From Tubulanus polymorphus (lineage: Eukaryota > Animalia > Nemertea), in the NCBI RefSeq assembly GCF_964204645.1, contig NC_134030.1, forward strand, positions 18,064,210 through 18,128,209: a DNA stretch of 64,000 nt, written 5' to 3'. Shown here piece after piece: positions 15,401-28,227 of the stretch. Each line of letters begins with the position of its first letter. Within the stretch, counting starts at the first letter, position 1. Made by a program: the position numbers and the translations under genes. The notes below the pieces were generated by a model. It saw only the letters and a program-made list of their open reading frames with translations, made no database searches and was not told the DNA's origin.

Positions 15401-15843
15401 TCATAGAATTTAACCGAATCTCATAATCCGGATTTAACTGATCCTGATTAGGTTAATCCGGTATGGTTCTAATCTCTACTGAACAGTTTAAGAGATAAAT
15501 GAGCAACAATGTTCAATAATACAATATCAAAACCCTTCACTTAGAATAAAAAGAGTCTGAATTGTTTCCTTAAGAAGATATTCATTCAACGTTTCAATCC
15601 TTTCAAACAAATTAAGAGAACTTATAGAATACCACAGTGAATATAAGTTAATGATTGGATATCTAAAGCAGAACAAACTCTAAGGTGTTTGCAATTGTAT
15701 TTGATGTTTGGTTTATATTGTATTCATTTATAGGGTATAGTAGAATGTTAAGAGATGATAGTCCTGGATCGATTGTTGATGATAGTAGTGATAGTAGTGG
15801 TACTGACTGGAGGAGTGGTTATAATAGATCAAGCTACTTCTAG
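426..15843 (+). CDS. Multi-exon single-pass membrane protein gene (5' end outside window): TM helix, Cys-rich juxtamembrane exons, long cytoplasmic region
   Basis: About 50 AG/GT-bounded exons that join in frame, e.g. 426-692, 1457-1558 (VAGAVIGVLILLILIILFILCHCGC = TM), 1653-1697, 1961-2038, 2131-2166, 2792-2866, 2945-2986, 5659-5733, 6088-6135, 8146-8163, 12106-12123. Terminal exon ~15733-15843 ends RSSYF*. AATAAA at ~15936 and ~15968. Confidence 0.8.
3080..3192. mobile_element. Small palindromic MITE-like element
   Basis: Inverted arms TTTTATAGACTGGTATTA ... TAATACCAGTCTATAAAA with an internal AACCCGGGGTTAAC / GTTAACCTCGGGTT inverted pair. Confidence 0.55.
5730..5903. repeat. Degenerate ~16-bp minisatellite (GAGTAGTGAGTGGTAA-like)
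   Basis: Tandem purine-rich units visible directly. Confidence 0.8.
11329..11432. repeat. 22-bp tandem repeat (TCTACAGTAAACTACATTTACA)
   Basis: About 4-5 tandem copies in an intron. Confidence 0.85.
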
Positions 15844-16039
15844 ATATTCTGTTGTCAATGTTTGACCTCACCTACTGTTTGACGCTGTATATTAATCGTT
15901 TTATTCTAGAATCTAGTGCGATTTTATACGAAAAGAATAAATGATAATGAGATGAAAAAAACGATTCAAATAAAATGTGTGTAATTTGTTTGAATTGAGT
16001 CATTGTAGTCATATTTGTAAATTGATGAATAATTCATCA

Positions 16040-16150
16040 GGGTCCAGTTCCACTTGTGAGTTAAGATTTGAATCTTGAGTTAACTCATTGAACGTGAACT
16101 AACTTTAACTCAGAGTTAACTCTAACTCACAACTGTGGAACTGGGTCCAG
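16040..16150. mobile_element. Palindromic MITE-like repeat (related partial copy at ~62301-62372)
   Basis: CCAGTTCCACTTGTGAGTTA ... TAACTCACAACTGTGGAACTGG inverted ends; similar sequence recurs at 62.3 kb. Confidence 0.55.
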
Positions 16151-17138
16151 TGCAATTGTAATGACATTAAGTCAATCTTGAAATTTTCGGTAAAAAATGA
16201 AATATATATCGCTGGTTTTCCGCGTCTATAATCTGTTCATCCGCTAGTGAGAAATACTGTCTTTGTTATGCTGCTTTGAAGGTTCAGAACTCGACCATCG
16301 TTTACTGTAGTTCTATTGATATATCAATTAATTGTTAGAAAATATCTTGAAGGTTAATTGATTTTCTTATTTCTTATGCTGTTATTTCTTGTATAAAGAT
16401 GAATTATATATTTCTCCTTTTTCCGCGTCTCTGTTAAACCTGTGAACGTTCAGATTTGATTATATGAGTTTATCAACCGGCTTCTGAAATGTGCTAAATA
16501 TTAAGTGTTACTGCATTATAGTGTAAATGAAATACAGTGTTACTGAATTGTAGTGTAAATGAAATACAGTGTAATAACTTCACAATGACATGATAAAAAC
16601 ACTAGTTCAGATTCTAAAATTTTAAAACTAAGGATTTATATAATCAAAAAGACACAACTTCCACAGAGATCTGGTGAAAAAGTCATGAAATGTAACTGAT
16701 TAAGGTGAGTTTGCTTTAGTATTTAACTCCACTCCAGTCGGATCCGAGATCTCTGAGATAACCGTTCAACTCGGAGTTAACCGATCAACTCGGAGGTTAC
16801 CGTTCAACTCAGAAATAACCGTTCAACTCGGAGATAACCGTTCAGGCGCGGTTCCACGCTGTCGCAATTGCCGCACGTGTGACAGTCGGAGCTGTTTAAA
16901 AAAATTAAAAAGTTGCCGAAATAAATTACAAGCATATGAAAAGACAAAGGTTTAGTTCATAGTGATCCTATAAATACTAGACTAATGCGCAATTACCTTC
17001 TTACGTCGTAGATTTTGTCAAATTATATACGCTACGTTAGGTTAATGAAAATTATAATTTATTGAGGCTCTGAGAAGTCCACAGAACGCGTCTTCAGAAG
17101 CATAAATTAGCAAAATGTATGGTCAACAGTATATTCAC

Positions 17139-17490
17139 CTGACTGATCGCCAGTCACCACACCTGACTGATCACCAGTTACCACGCCTGACTGGTCAACA
17201 GTATACACACCTGACTAATCACCAGTCACCACACCTGACTGATCACCAGTTACCACGCCTGACTGGTCACCAGTTACCACGCCTGACTGGTCACCAGTCA
17301 CCACACCTGACTGATCACCAGTTACCACGCCTGACTGATCACCAGTTACCACGCCTGACTGGTCACCAGTCACCACACCTGACTGATCACCAGTTACCAC
17401 GCCTGACTGGTCACCAGTCACCACGCCTGACTGGTCACCAGTCACCACACCTGACTGATCACCAGTTACCACGCCTGACTGGTCACCACA
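17139..17490. repeat. 24-bp minisatellite (CCTGACTGRTCACCAGTYACCACR)
   Basis: About 14 tandem copies. Explains ORFs 17115..17525 and 17215..17472. Confidence 0.95.
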
Positions 17491-18444
17491 GCGAAATGGT
17501 CACCACACTAACCAGACAAACTTAAATCCTCCGTCAGTCACCATTAATCTATGGTTTAGTGGTTAACGTGCTCGGCTGACATACTGAAGGTGTCAGGATC
17601 GAGTCCTGCTAGGGTTGGGGATGTAGGCGAGCTACGGTTAGGGTTACTAAATAGCTAGGATTGGGATCACTGGCGACTCAGATGCTTACAGGTTACGCTA
17701 TTGAAAAACTTTTTTTTATTTCTAAAGTGGGTTGATATACACATAAAACTTTGGTGACTCAAAACGTCCTCGATACTAAATAATTATTAAAATGTCATTC
17801 ATTTGTTCTCGGCCAATACGAGGTCACGTGATGCGCGCTAGACCAGTTTAAACCAGTTTCGCTATCTACTTCGATATGTAGATTTTGTACTATTTTAGCC
17901 AATCAGTGACGAGTATGACTGATTATGCGTCCAATCACTGATGAGGATGTTTTAGGAGCTGGACCCGGTGTAAATAATATCAATTATTAAATCAAATCAA
18001 TTGCTAAAAGATATTTAAGTCTCTGATACACATGAATATACCTTATTCAATCGAGGAATGAATTGAATTTAGTAGATACCCGCAGTTTATAGAGCGAAGA
18101 TGGATTATAACAGTTGGACATGTGTAAGTTTACTGAACCCAATAGTTAGATAATGTAAAATGTAACGCATTGTTCGACCATTCTTGTCGTACGTGGCGTT
18201 GTACCATAGATAGACCTCTTATACAACTGGTATGTCTTCAAACCTAGAGGTGCTCGCACATGTCTCCCGTAAAATTTAGACGAATATCACATATACTTGT
18301 GAATTACACATATTCTAAATAGTTCAAGATGTGACTGGTAAAGGTGAGTTTGTTGTAGTTTTGATAAAGTCAAACATTGAAATATTTGCCACCAATTTTA
18401 TGTTGATTTCTTCAACAATTTTCTGACCCAAATTTGAAGATTCT

Positions 18445-18534
18445 ATTACCCACTCCCGGCACGGGGAGGTAGTGACGAAAAATAACAATACGGGACTCAA
18501 TCAAGGCTCCGTAATTGGAATGAGTACACTTTAA
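18445..18534 (+). pseudogene. 18S rRNA (fragment): 18S rRNA fragment (~90 nt)
   Basis: ATTACCCACTCCCGGCACGGGGAGGTAGTGACGAAAAATAACAATACGGGACTC...CCGTAATTGGAATGAGTACACTTTAA matches the conserved eukaryotic SSU rRNA segment; flanks are not rDNA. Confidence 0.9.
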
Positions 18535-19606
18535 TTGACGATTTGAAAATATTTTCTGAAAGCGGCAAAAACTCTGTATTTTGTACAACTGTCAAAAGTC
18601 AACTCATTTTTTTAAATCTGTATTGTATGATTTTATTTGTAGGTTTCGCGTTTGGTCGCGATTTTGGATCCTTTTCCTGTATTTGGTTTTAAGCGCCATC
18701 CAAACCCGGTAGGTTCACATACATGTAAAGTCAAAAATGGAATTTTTATTGGCCTACGAATTTCTGGGAATTTCTTGCTTTTTCAGGATTTATTAGGAAT
18801 AGAATCGCGTTCAAACTAATTCAGGATTATATAGTATAAACTGTTCTCAAAAGCTGAACTGTTGTTAAAAACACAAGGATTCAAATTGACTCTGATTATG
18901 ACTGGATTCATACATTACACACACAGGATTGGATAAACTGTAAGTAAGAAAAACATTAACGGCTGAAATTATGTTTTATAGGTTTAGTTATTTATTAGGA
19001 ACTTACTCGGTGAGTTAGTAAGTTATAGAAATTAGTACAATATATATCAAATAAAATACGGTAGTTTAAATATAAATTTGGGTGCTATACGCGGCGAGGG
19101 ACCTGGGAGATCTCAGGTGGACATCAGTTGAAGGAAGCAATTTGTTTATTTTGATGCCTAATGTCTTTATTTCAGGATCCCGTATTTCATGGGTTTTTTT
19201 CCAGGGTTTCTTTCTATATTTGCAGGTGTTTTTTTCTTTTTTTAGAATTTCCGTTTTTTCAAATTCATTGTTTTACTAGACAACGTCTATTATGTACTTT
19301 TCTTGAAATAAACAGAACAATTTCAGGGTCATCGCTGAGACAAGAACCCAGAAGACTACAGAGTACGCGTCTTCACCCTCAGCACACAACAGAGTGGCCC
19401 GATTCAGGTGCGGCCTGTATGTTCTATTTCAGTGAGAAGAACAAGACCCCCTAGTCACAGAAGATTGAACCTGAAGTTGAATGATGAATAGGAGGCGCTG
19501 TAGGTAAGACGCGGTACCGGGGGGGGGGGGGGGGTGAGGTCCAGTAACTCTGAGCGCTCAATCTCTCCTCATAAACACGTTATCCTTCGCCGGAACTTTT
19601 TTACTG

Positions 19607-19722
19607 GTGTAAGATTAGACAGGGCCCAGTCCATTTTAGAAATGGAAACTTGTGTAAGATTAGACCGGGCCCAGTCCATTTTAGAAATGGAAACTTGTGT
19701 AAGATTAGACCGGGTCCAGTCC
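19607..19722. repeat. 45-bp tandem repeat (~2.5 copies)
   Basis: GTGTAAGATTAGACCGGGCCCAGTCCATTTTAGAAATGGAAACTT repeated. Confidence 0.85.
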
Positions 19723-20275
19723 TATCTTCTCTCCCTACAATGAAAAATGCCCAGCTCCAAATAAACACCACACAACAACCTTTATAAACTAGATGACGGT
19801 CTTTATTTTTAACAGAATATATTGGGCTTGAAGTGACTGTCCAAGCCCCAAGCGTACATTATTTTCAGTAGAATATAGTTCGAGACCTTCTCTGTCCCGT
19901 ACATGAATAAGCATTTGGTTAACAATAAAATAGACATGAAATACAAAATTATATAAGCAATTGACTACAGCGAGCAAGACAAATAGTGAATATCAGATTA
20001 TCTCGAAAAAAATCTCCATTTGTTGAGATTTATTGCCATGGCGACCGCAAAATATATACGATTACGATTACGATTACGATTTATTTACACTCCAACCATT
20101 TCCATGGTATATGGAGGAAAACTATTACACATGTATATACAAATATTTACAGAACAACACTAAAGTGATTAAAATTTAGAGAATGAAAACGTAACGAAAT
20201 ATATATATATACATCAACTATTTACAATACTATATATACTATTATATACATCAACTATTTACAATACTATATATA

Positions 20276-23200
20276 CTATTGGAGGGATCTATATACATCT
20301 AAGCCGGTCTTAATGAATTTAGCGAAGTTGACCGTTGGGTTTTTCAGAATATCAAGGGTATTAAAGGTATTCAAATTCAAAAAGTTTTTGCGTTGTTCGT
20401 TAAGTAAGGTACAGTCAAACAGAAAATGGGATTCGTCACCTAAAGTATTACAAGTGGGGCATATTCTATCGGCTCTGTCTAAATGAAGGTTTGAGAATTT
20501 GTTCACAGGTAAAATATAGGACCCGACCCTAAATTCAAATAAACTAGTTCCTAAGTCATCACCAAGTTCTATTATATACTTCTCTAACCTAATATCATTT
20601 TTATATTGCCTAAAGTTAGTGTATATCGGATTAGTATTTATGGCAAATACAGTTTCTTGAAGGTGCTGGTCACGGAGTATCTGTTTTATTCGTTTTGAAA
20701 AAGATTTACTGTTAGTCATAAATTGCTGCGTCCAAATGCAGGACAAACCACAGTCATCAAACGTTTTCTTTATATATGATAACCAAGGGCTCTTAAATTT
20801 ATCCCTTAAAAATAAATTGAAAGATATTTTATAGAGTATTGAATTAAAATTGGTTTGCTTTCCAGATACTGTTTTCACCCAAAAGTTGATCATCCTGCGT
20901 CTAACATCTATATTCAAAGGGTAACGTCCTAGCTCTGATAAAACTTGTAAGTTGCGAGAATATTTCGTCACTTTCATTAAGATTTTACAGAAGAAGCAAT
21001 GAATATTTTCTAATAAATCAAGATTTTCATATCCCCAGATCTCACACCCATACATGGCTATTGGAGCAACACACGTATCAAATAATTTAAACATAACATC
21101 TATGGGCAATTTCAAACGTCTGCCTTTTTGAACGATCGAAAACATAGCTCTGATAGCTTTATCGTAAAGATACTTTTTTGCCTTAGCAAAGTTACCATTC
21201 CAATTGAATTTTACTCCGAGATAAACATAATCTTCCACTACCTCTAACTCTTGATCACCAAACATAAATTTCGAAATCGTTTTTATCCGGGATTTACTTC
21301 GCGCAAATACTAGTACTTTAGTTTTCTCTGAGTTAACAGTGAGACCATTAGCCGCGCAATATTATTATGAATATTATGAATAAATTCTGTAAAGTATCAA
21401 TATCCTGATCACGATTCAAATTTAGTTTTTCTATAAATGACAAAGTCGGTTTTCCACGATCAATGAAAAATTCTTCAATGTCGTTTAAGAATAACGAAAA
21501 GAGGATAGGTGAGAGATTTTCGCCTTGTCTTAAGCCTCTATCAGCTGCAAAGTATTGTGACGTGCAACCATTTAATTCAACACATGATTTTATGGAGTTA
21601 TACATATTTTTGACCACATTGAAAAAGTTTCCATTAACATTGTTAGCAATTAATTTTCGCCATAACTTTACCCTACAAATCGAGTCGAAAGCTTTCTTAA
21701 AATCAACAAAGGCGCAAAAAAGTCTTCTTCCCTGACAAAGATACAGCTCTACGATTGTTTTAAGCGTGTAAATATGATCAATGGTGGAATATTTCGATCT
21801 AAAGCCAGCCTGGGCTTCACTTATAATGTGATTCGTATCTAGAAATGTTGACAATCTTTGATTTAGGATACTTGTAAATAATTTACCAAGACAGCTAACT
21901 AAGGTAATACCTCTATAATTATCAGGATTAGAGGGATCGCCATTCTTTTTGAAAATCGGTTTGATGACGCCTATAGACCACATCTCTGGAACATATCCTG
22001 TTTTAAGAACTAAATTGAATAATTTTTGTAATATATCAACTAAAAACGGATACTGACTAACTCCCAACAGCTCATTCGTGATTCCATCAATGCCTGGGGC
22101 CTTATTGTTTTTGAGTAAAGAGATAGCCTTAATTACCTCATCACTGGTTATATCACTGTTCAAAATATAATTGTCATAGACAGGATGGTCACCCACGTCT
22201 GGGGGCTCATCACCGTCATCGGTTTCATTGTTAACATTATTCAAATCATTTAATCTCATAAAATGTTCAAGAAAAATATCAATATCTATATTAGCCTCAT
22301 TATTTTTTGTTCCGCTCGCAGAGTTTAGCATCGACCAATACTTTTTTGGGTTATTAATTTCGCATTCTCTCAATTCCTTAATAAATTCATCCTTTTGTTT
22401 CTTCTTATTTTCTCGGATGACCTTTTTATAGTTTTTAGACGAGTTCTTAAGGGATTCAAAATTGGAAGGGGTAGGGCAACCCCTATATCTTTTTTTCATA
22501 TAATTATATTTCTTCTGTGCATCTCTACAGTCCCTGCCAAACCATCTGTTGCGGACCGGTTTTTTGCAGTTATTACTTTTCCTACTTTTTCTATGGTACA
22601 TCAAATTACACTCATCAGCACTTGATAATAAAGAAGATACAAATCTATCGGTAAATCCATTAATGTCATCTGGCGATTGATTTCCTAGATCTTGCAACCC
22701 GTCCAACAGTAACTTATCTAAATCATTATCTCGTAATCTTGATTCTACATTCAGGAAAAATTGATTTGATCTAGTACTGACCCACCTAATTGAAGTTTTA
22801 AAGTTCGCGTGTTCATTACCCCTTTCATTATCGCTAGCAATGGTGTCCCTAGAATTCGTATACACGCACAGATTAATAGGATTATGTCCATCAGATAATA
22901 ATGGGTCAAAAGGCATTATTTCAAAGTCCTCAACATAACCAAACAGTTCTAAATCACACACAAAATAATCGATGACACTAGTGTTCCTAAAAGTATAATT
23001 ACCTGTCTGATCATTGCCACATCTGCCATTAAGGATAATTAGTGAATGGTTCTTACACAAATCTATTAGTTGATAGCCTGTATTATTCTTTCTTTTGTCC
23101 TGATTATTTCTAGTAGTGGGAACGCCTAAATTAATCAATGAGTCAACAATAGGGTCTAAGTTATCATCTTGAATTATCTGATTATCAGGTTCCAAAAAGT

Positions 23201-23900
23201 CTGGCATACAAGCGGTGTGAGCATTAAAGTCACCAGAAATTAACAGATTGAAATCATACTCAACTTTCAATTGCAATAACTCTATTTCAATTTCTCTGAT
23301 AGCTATTTCTGAATAATAACGACTATTTTCTGGAGGAATATAAATTACACCTAAAAGTACATGTTTGTCGCGATTAAATAAATCTTTATCTAATAAATAC
23401 CAAGATACAAACTGAGAGTCAGTCGAAATTGGAATTATTTTTTTTTTCATGAACTTCCTATATATGATACCGACGCCACCTGATCCTTTTTTTGAAGATT
23501 TTTTCCTATTTTTAAAGTGCGCCATATGGGAGGCGGGCAAGCTACAACCTAAATTACCGTCTAAATCATCTAAGTGAGTTTCAGTTAGACATGTGATGTC
23601 ATTATTGCTAATAAATTCACAGAATTCTGGGATATCGAGTTTAGCTATAAGGCCACATACATTCAGCGTAGAAAACTTTAATGATGATTTGATACAAGGA
23701 ATTTCACTTATGTTTGCTGCGTTTGCTGTACTAGTTAAATTTTGCTTATTTAAATCAGAAGTGTTAATATTTCGCTTATTTACATCAGAAATGAAATTGT
23801 TAGCAGTTACATCAGGTACATGATTGTTACTATTTACATCAGGGTATGTATCTACCGTATGAGAATTTACATGCGAGCCAACGATATCTCTATTTACATT
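20276..23900 (-). pseudogene. LINE ORF2 (apurinic endonuclease + reverse transcriptase), disrupted
   Basis: APE motifs LNVCGL, LTETHL, GDFNAH, IDYF, SDGHNP; RT motifs KAPGIDG, NYRGITL, QAGFR, FVDFKKAFDS, GLRQGENLSPILF, YLGV; C-terminal CPTC...DESHFLFDC. Frameshift and loss of YADD at ~21350-21380. 5' end approximate. Confidence 0.9.
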
Positions 23901-23980
23901 TGGATAACTGTCACATAAATTTACACTATTTACAAATTCTATAACATAACAACAACTTCGAGATACAAGGACAGTCCGGT

Positions 23981-24799
23981 CTACGAATTGTACGCAAAGT
24001 CCCTCCGCTGGTTCCTAGTGGCTGTCCATCGGTACGCGGTCACGGTTTTCGCGGTAACGAGTTTGTCCCGTACAAAGAAAGCTTGTTTTCCGTTCGCTTT
24101 CGCGGCTCTCAGCTCGGGTAGCTTTTCGCGTCGTCTCGCCGCCCATTCCTCAGGCACCTGTTCATTCAGTCCTAAAGACGAGCCCGCGAGATTTTTCGCA
24201 ACTGAACGTACCAGTTCACGATCTTTGAAGAACTCGAATTTTGCAACAATTGGGCGCGGTTTTTTCTGTTCGTTTTTCCTTCGTCCAAGGCGATGTGTTC
24301 ACGCGAATTTGAATGAGTCCACGGTCGTCTTCGGTAACTTAAGGTCTTTCTCGCAAAAGCCTTTAATTAAGTCCTCGGTATTCTCATTTTCGGATTCCTC
24401 GACGCCGTAAAAGATCAAATTATCGCGCATGCTACGCCATTGCTGATCTAGGAGTAGTTTATGGTCCGATTTGATAATTGCGTCCTGATCAGCGACGACT
24501 TTCTCTAAATCGCGAACTTTGCTTCTAAGTTGTTCGTTTTCACTCTTTAGTTGTAATACGTCCTGGTGGCAAAATTCAAGCGATTGTTTAACTTCGGTCA
24601 TGTCCCTCTGCAAGTCGTCTAGAAGCTCTAATTTCGAAAGCTGGGAAAGAATCGCATCAAGTTTTGACGATATTCCATTGTCTGCTTCCACACGTGATGC
24701 CGTTTCCTCAGTCGATTTATGATTCTGGCGATTCGGACGATTTGATGCTGCAGTCTTCTGCTTCTTGTTAGGGGGTGAAACACTTTGTCTTCCCGCCAT
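23981..24799 (-). pseudogene. LINE ORF1 (coiled coil + RRM-like), one premature stop at 24299-24301
   Basis: Coiled coil, then SMRDNLIFYGVEE; reading through the TGA gives THRLG..PRPIVAKF..FKDRE..V..LNEQVP..RRREKLP, typical ORF1p motifs. Confidence 0.85.
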
Positions 24800-25393
24800 T
24801 TTCTCCAGGTCTCACCGAATATCACACAGATTTTGTGGTTGATAAAGAAAAACAAATCGGTTAAGTTTCAATATATAGAAACGGCATTAACTGGACGCAA
24901 AGAATTAAACTAATCTAGGCCCTACGCACGTTAGTTCGTTTGTCATCAACCGGTGCGATTAGTCTTTGTCGACTATGCAATGTTAATTCGTTTGATATAA
25001 GCTAGTTTTTAGTGTCTGTCGTGGCCGAATAATTAATACTAAATTCTCAGCTAATACGGGCAAAACGCACAAAAACGGCAACGGAATATAATAGATCTAA
25101 GGTAGAAAAAATAGTTTCCTTGGATAATGTTTGTAAGTGAAATGTGAAAATTTACCTTGACGGTCGTTTAGGTAATTCAAGGAGCGCGCCGAAAGTACGT
25201 CCGCACAGTTCAGTAGATTTGGTGGCTCCTTCAATATAATATAAGCAATTGACTTCAGCGCGCAAGACAAAAATAGTGAAACGATTAAAATCAGTAAGAA
25301 GAGAACAAAAATTGAAAAGATATATGAAGTAATATTTAGTCCATATCTCACACTTGACGATGATCTTGTGTGAGATCGAATCATCGGGTTTTT

Positions 25394-28227
25394 TTAACTT
25401 GATTGCATAAATTCTCGATATATTCGATCTACATCTATTTTTACTCTCAGTCTTTTATTGAGTTTTTTAAGTTCTGATATGATGTTATCTCTCGTCGTAT
25501 CGGGGTCGGTGCTCCAGCAGCCGATATGCAGGTCAGAAAGATGCGGAAGATTATCGATTAATTCGACGATTGATTTGACGAATAAATCGATATCGTGCTG
25601 TGTATTAATCGGCGCTGTGCGTAAATTGCAGAACTTTAACCAGCGAATTGATGAGACGTGTTTTAGTTGTTTTAAGATGCAATTGTCCTGTTCCGGTCTA
25701 TCAAGCCCGCTATCAATACTGACTACTCGCAGCTGATTTACCGCATCTGATGATAGATACCGAACAAGTGCGTCACCATCAGCTTCTGACCGCAATACTA
25801 TTGATAATACAGTCAGCCGCGGCAGGTGAGCTAGAACGCGGTTTGATTGTAAATAAAATCCGTCAATGACAAGACGCTTTAGTTTCCGCATTAAACCGAC
25901 GCTATCACTGATTGCTACATGTTGATCTGTCGTTAGTTCGCGTAGTTCGCGCAGTTCGCGCAGTTCGCGCAGTCCGAGCAATCCGAGCAGTCCTCGCAGT
26001 CCGAGCAGTCCGCGCATTTCGTACGGTTCGAACTGAATTGATTCGATGTGTGAAGATTCTAACGCGTTGTTAAAATCTTTTAATCCCTCCGAACCGATCA
26101 AATTCTTATCGAATTTTACTCCACTAAGATGTAAGCTTTTCAAACTCGGAATGATGTTTATCAGCTCTCTCATCTTATTTCTATCGAGCTGATATCCCCG
26201 CGACCTGAGATATAGAAGTTTTAAGGATGGATACGATTTGTGAATATTGACTGAAATATTACCTAAACGTTCCGCACTAACACCAGTAACTCCAGTATCA
26301 ATAATCAGACTCTCCACTGTATTGTGTGTGTTAGTATCACCACTGATCAACTGCGCGTCAGCTCCAGATTTAATCACGTGACTTGTCTTAATCCAATCAT
26401 TATTGAGTTTCTTGTAACATTCACCAGTGTCGTTGAATTCATCTCGCCACACAAACCAGTTTATACTGTTACTCTTCTTACACATAGTCAAGCACTGATC
26501 GGGTATTGGTGACCACCTGCGTGTATCTATTATCATACCGTGAAGACTAGTGTTACTCGCTATGGCTGTTTCCAATACACGGTATTCGTCGGGTTTCAGT
26601 TCGAAAATACCTTGTATGTAAACTACCTCGATCTGACATTGTTTGTGTTCTAGTATTTTTGCGAGCGCGTTTATCCACGATCTGCTATACGCAGATACGA
26701 TCAACATTTTCTGCATGTAGGGAACTATTTCACTAATGGCGTCGTCCGGCCAGTCGGCTTCATTCAGGCATATTGACAACTGTTCAGATAAAACAGTTCT
26801 TTCGGATCTTTCGAGTTCGATGAAGCGTTCGTAATCGGGGATGAGCGCCATCTCCCTAGTAACCGTACCCAAGAAATGGGACTTCACTATTGTGACTGCT
26901 TTTAAATGTTCATCTATTAAAGTCTTGGAAAGTTCACCGAGGCCGCGGTTATACTTGAAACGATACAGCAGCCCTGCCATGAATCTCGGGTATAATTCAC
27001 CATATTTCACAAGTTCGTCCTGTAGTTGATCAAACGCGCATTTATTCCAGGGTATTTCACCACTGTTGTTGAATTGCACGACCGAGTGTACCGCCGCCAG
27101 AAATTCGTGCACAGATTTGTGTATGAACCGTAGCTGGACGGAGCGGTCTGATTTCCGTCGCGGCGACACCTCTTTGCACGTCAAAGCCGTCCTCTTCGAT
27201 TCGTCGAGTTTGAGATGATTTTCGCTGAAGCTGTTTTGATGCTCGATGAGCGTCTTATATGCGACTTGACAAATTTCTTTAAGCGCTTCAGAATTTTCGA
27301 TGTCCCCAAAAAAACATTCCTTCGACAAGTCGAGGCCCTCGCGTTTACTGATCAGAAAACATGTCAAATCGATGTAGATATCGGTGAGTTTTGATGGTAT
27401 CGTAATTTCTTCCTCGTCCATAAACAGACAAAAAAACATATGTAGTATCAGCGGGTTGTAGTAGATACTTTCAAATATAGGTGGCACTGCGTCTTTAAGC
27501 TTGCGGAATAGCAAATATGGATTGCGCTCGGGGAATTTTCTCTTCATAATATCGATGACTTCTTCTTGTTCGAAGCCGGATATCGATACAACGGTGAATT
27601 TGGGATCAGTGACGATCTTGCTGCCCCCGGACTCACGTGTTGTTATGACGATATGCGCTTTCGGTAATTTATTGGTCACGTGTACGATATATTCCTTCGC
27701 TTTATCGTTTTTCAACTCGTCGAAGCCGTCTAGAAAAAATAACGCTTTTTCTGCATTTTCCCGTAAGAATTCTTTAAAACCATCAATCGGCAGAACCTTT
27801 CTGATTTCTGGATTCAAAAGATTTTCGTAAATGTACGTATAAATACACGCGTTATCAGCGGGCAGTTCATTTAACGGTATATAGAATAACATAGGAAACT
27901 CCGTTGTTGATGTTGTCCAGGTTAACACTTGATTAACAATCTGAGTAGTTTTACCCATACCGGGTTCACCCACGAGGCACACGGGTTTCATAGCACGCTT
28001 GTCATGAGTGAAAAGCTTCTTGAAATCATCAGGTAAAATCACTGGCGGCTCCTCACTTTCTTTATTTTCCTTCGGGTTTCGTTTTTGGGCTCGAATTTTC
28101 GCGTGTTCTTGGGTGAAGAAGTCGTTGAAATTGGTGACGTCATCGCTCCACCAAACCTCTTTGTAATTTTCAACATCGATCATTCGTTTATACGTTTCTT
28201 TCAGGCTCTTCTGAACTTGAGTAACAT
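25394..28227 (-). CDS. NLR-like immune receptor, main exon (NACHT NTPase + C-terminal LRR-like region)
   Basis: Walker A GEPGMGKTT, Walker B LFFLDGFDE, sensor-1 IVITTR, NPLIL, winged-helix FIHKSVHEFLAA; repeated LxxLxL motifs C-terminally. The track's TTG start lies in an intron; acceptor TTCATTTTTACAG|ATGTTAC at 28228/28227, phase 1. Confidence 0.9.

Larger units (their letters stand above)
20058..25210 (-). mobile_element. Non-LTR retrotransposon (LINE, CR1/L2-group-like), near full length, inactive
   Basis: ORF1 plus APE-RT ORF2 on the minus strand; 3' tail (ATCGTA)n at 20058-20080 after AATAAA. 5' boundary approximate; no TSD identified. Confidence 0.9.

Noticed and set aside
17115-17525. 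Repetitive ORFs on both strands (LTDHQLPR / VVTGDQSG)
   Set aside because: Stop-free by-product of a 24-bp minisatellite.
16660-19410. Possible exons of another plus-strand gene (signal-peptide-like FRVWSRFWILFLYLVLSAIQT at ~18643-18708)
   Set aside because: Splice-like sites exist but I could not assemble a consistent ORF with a start codon.
21463-24855. Plus-strand ORFs over the LINE, and similar antisense ORFs over the NLR, Polinton and transposase
   Set aside because: Antisense or alternate-frame shadows of real coding frames, with no motifs.
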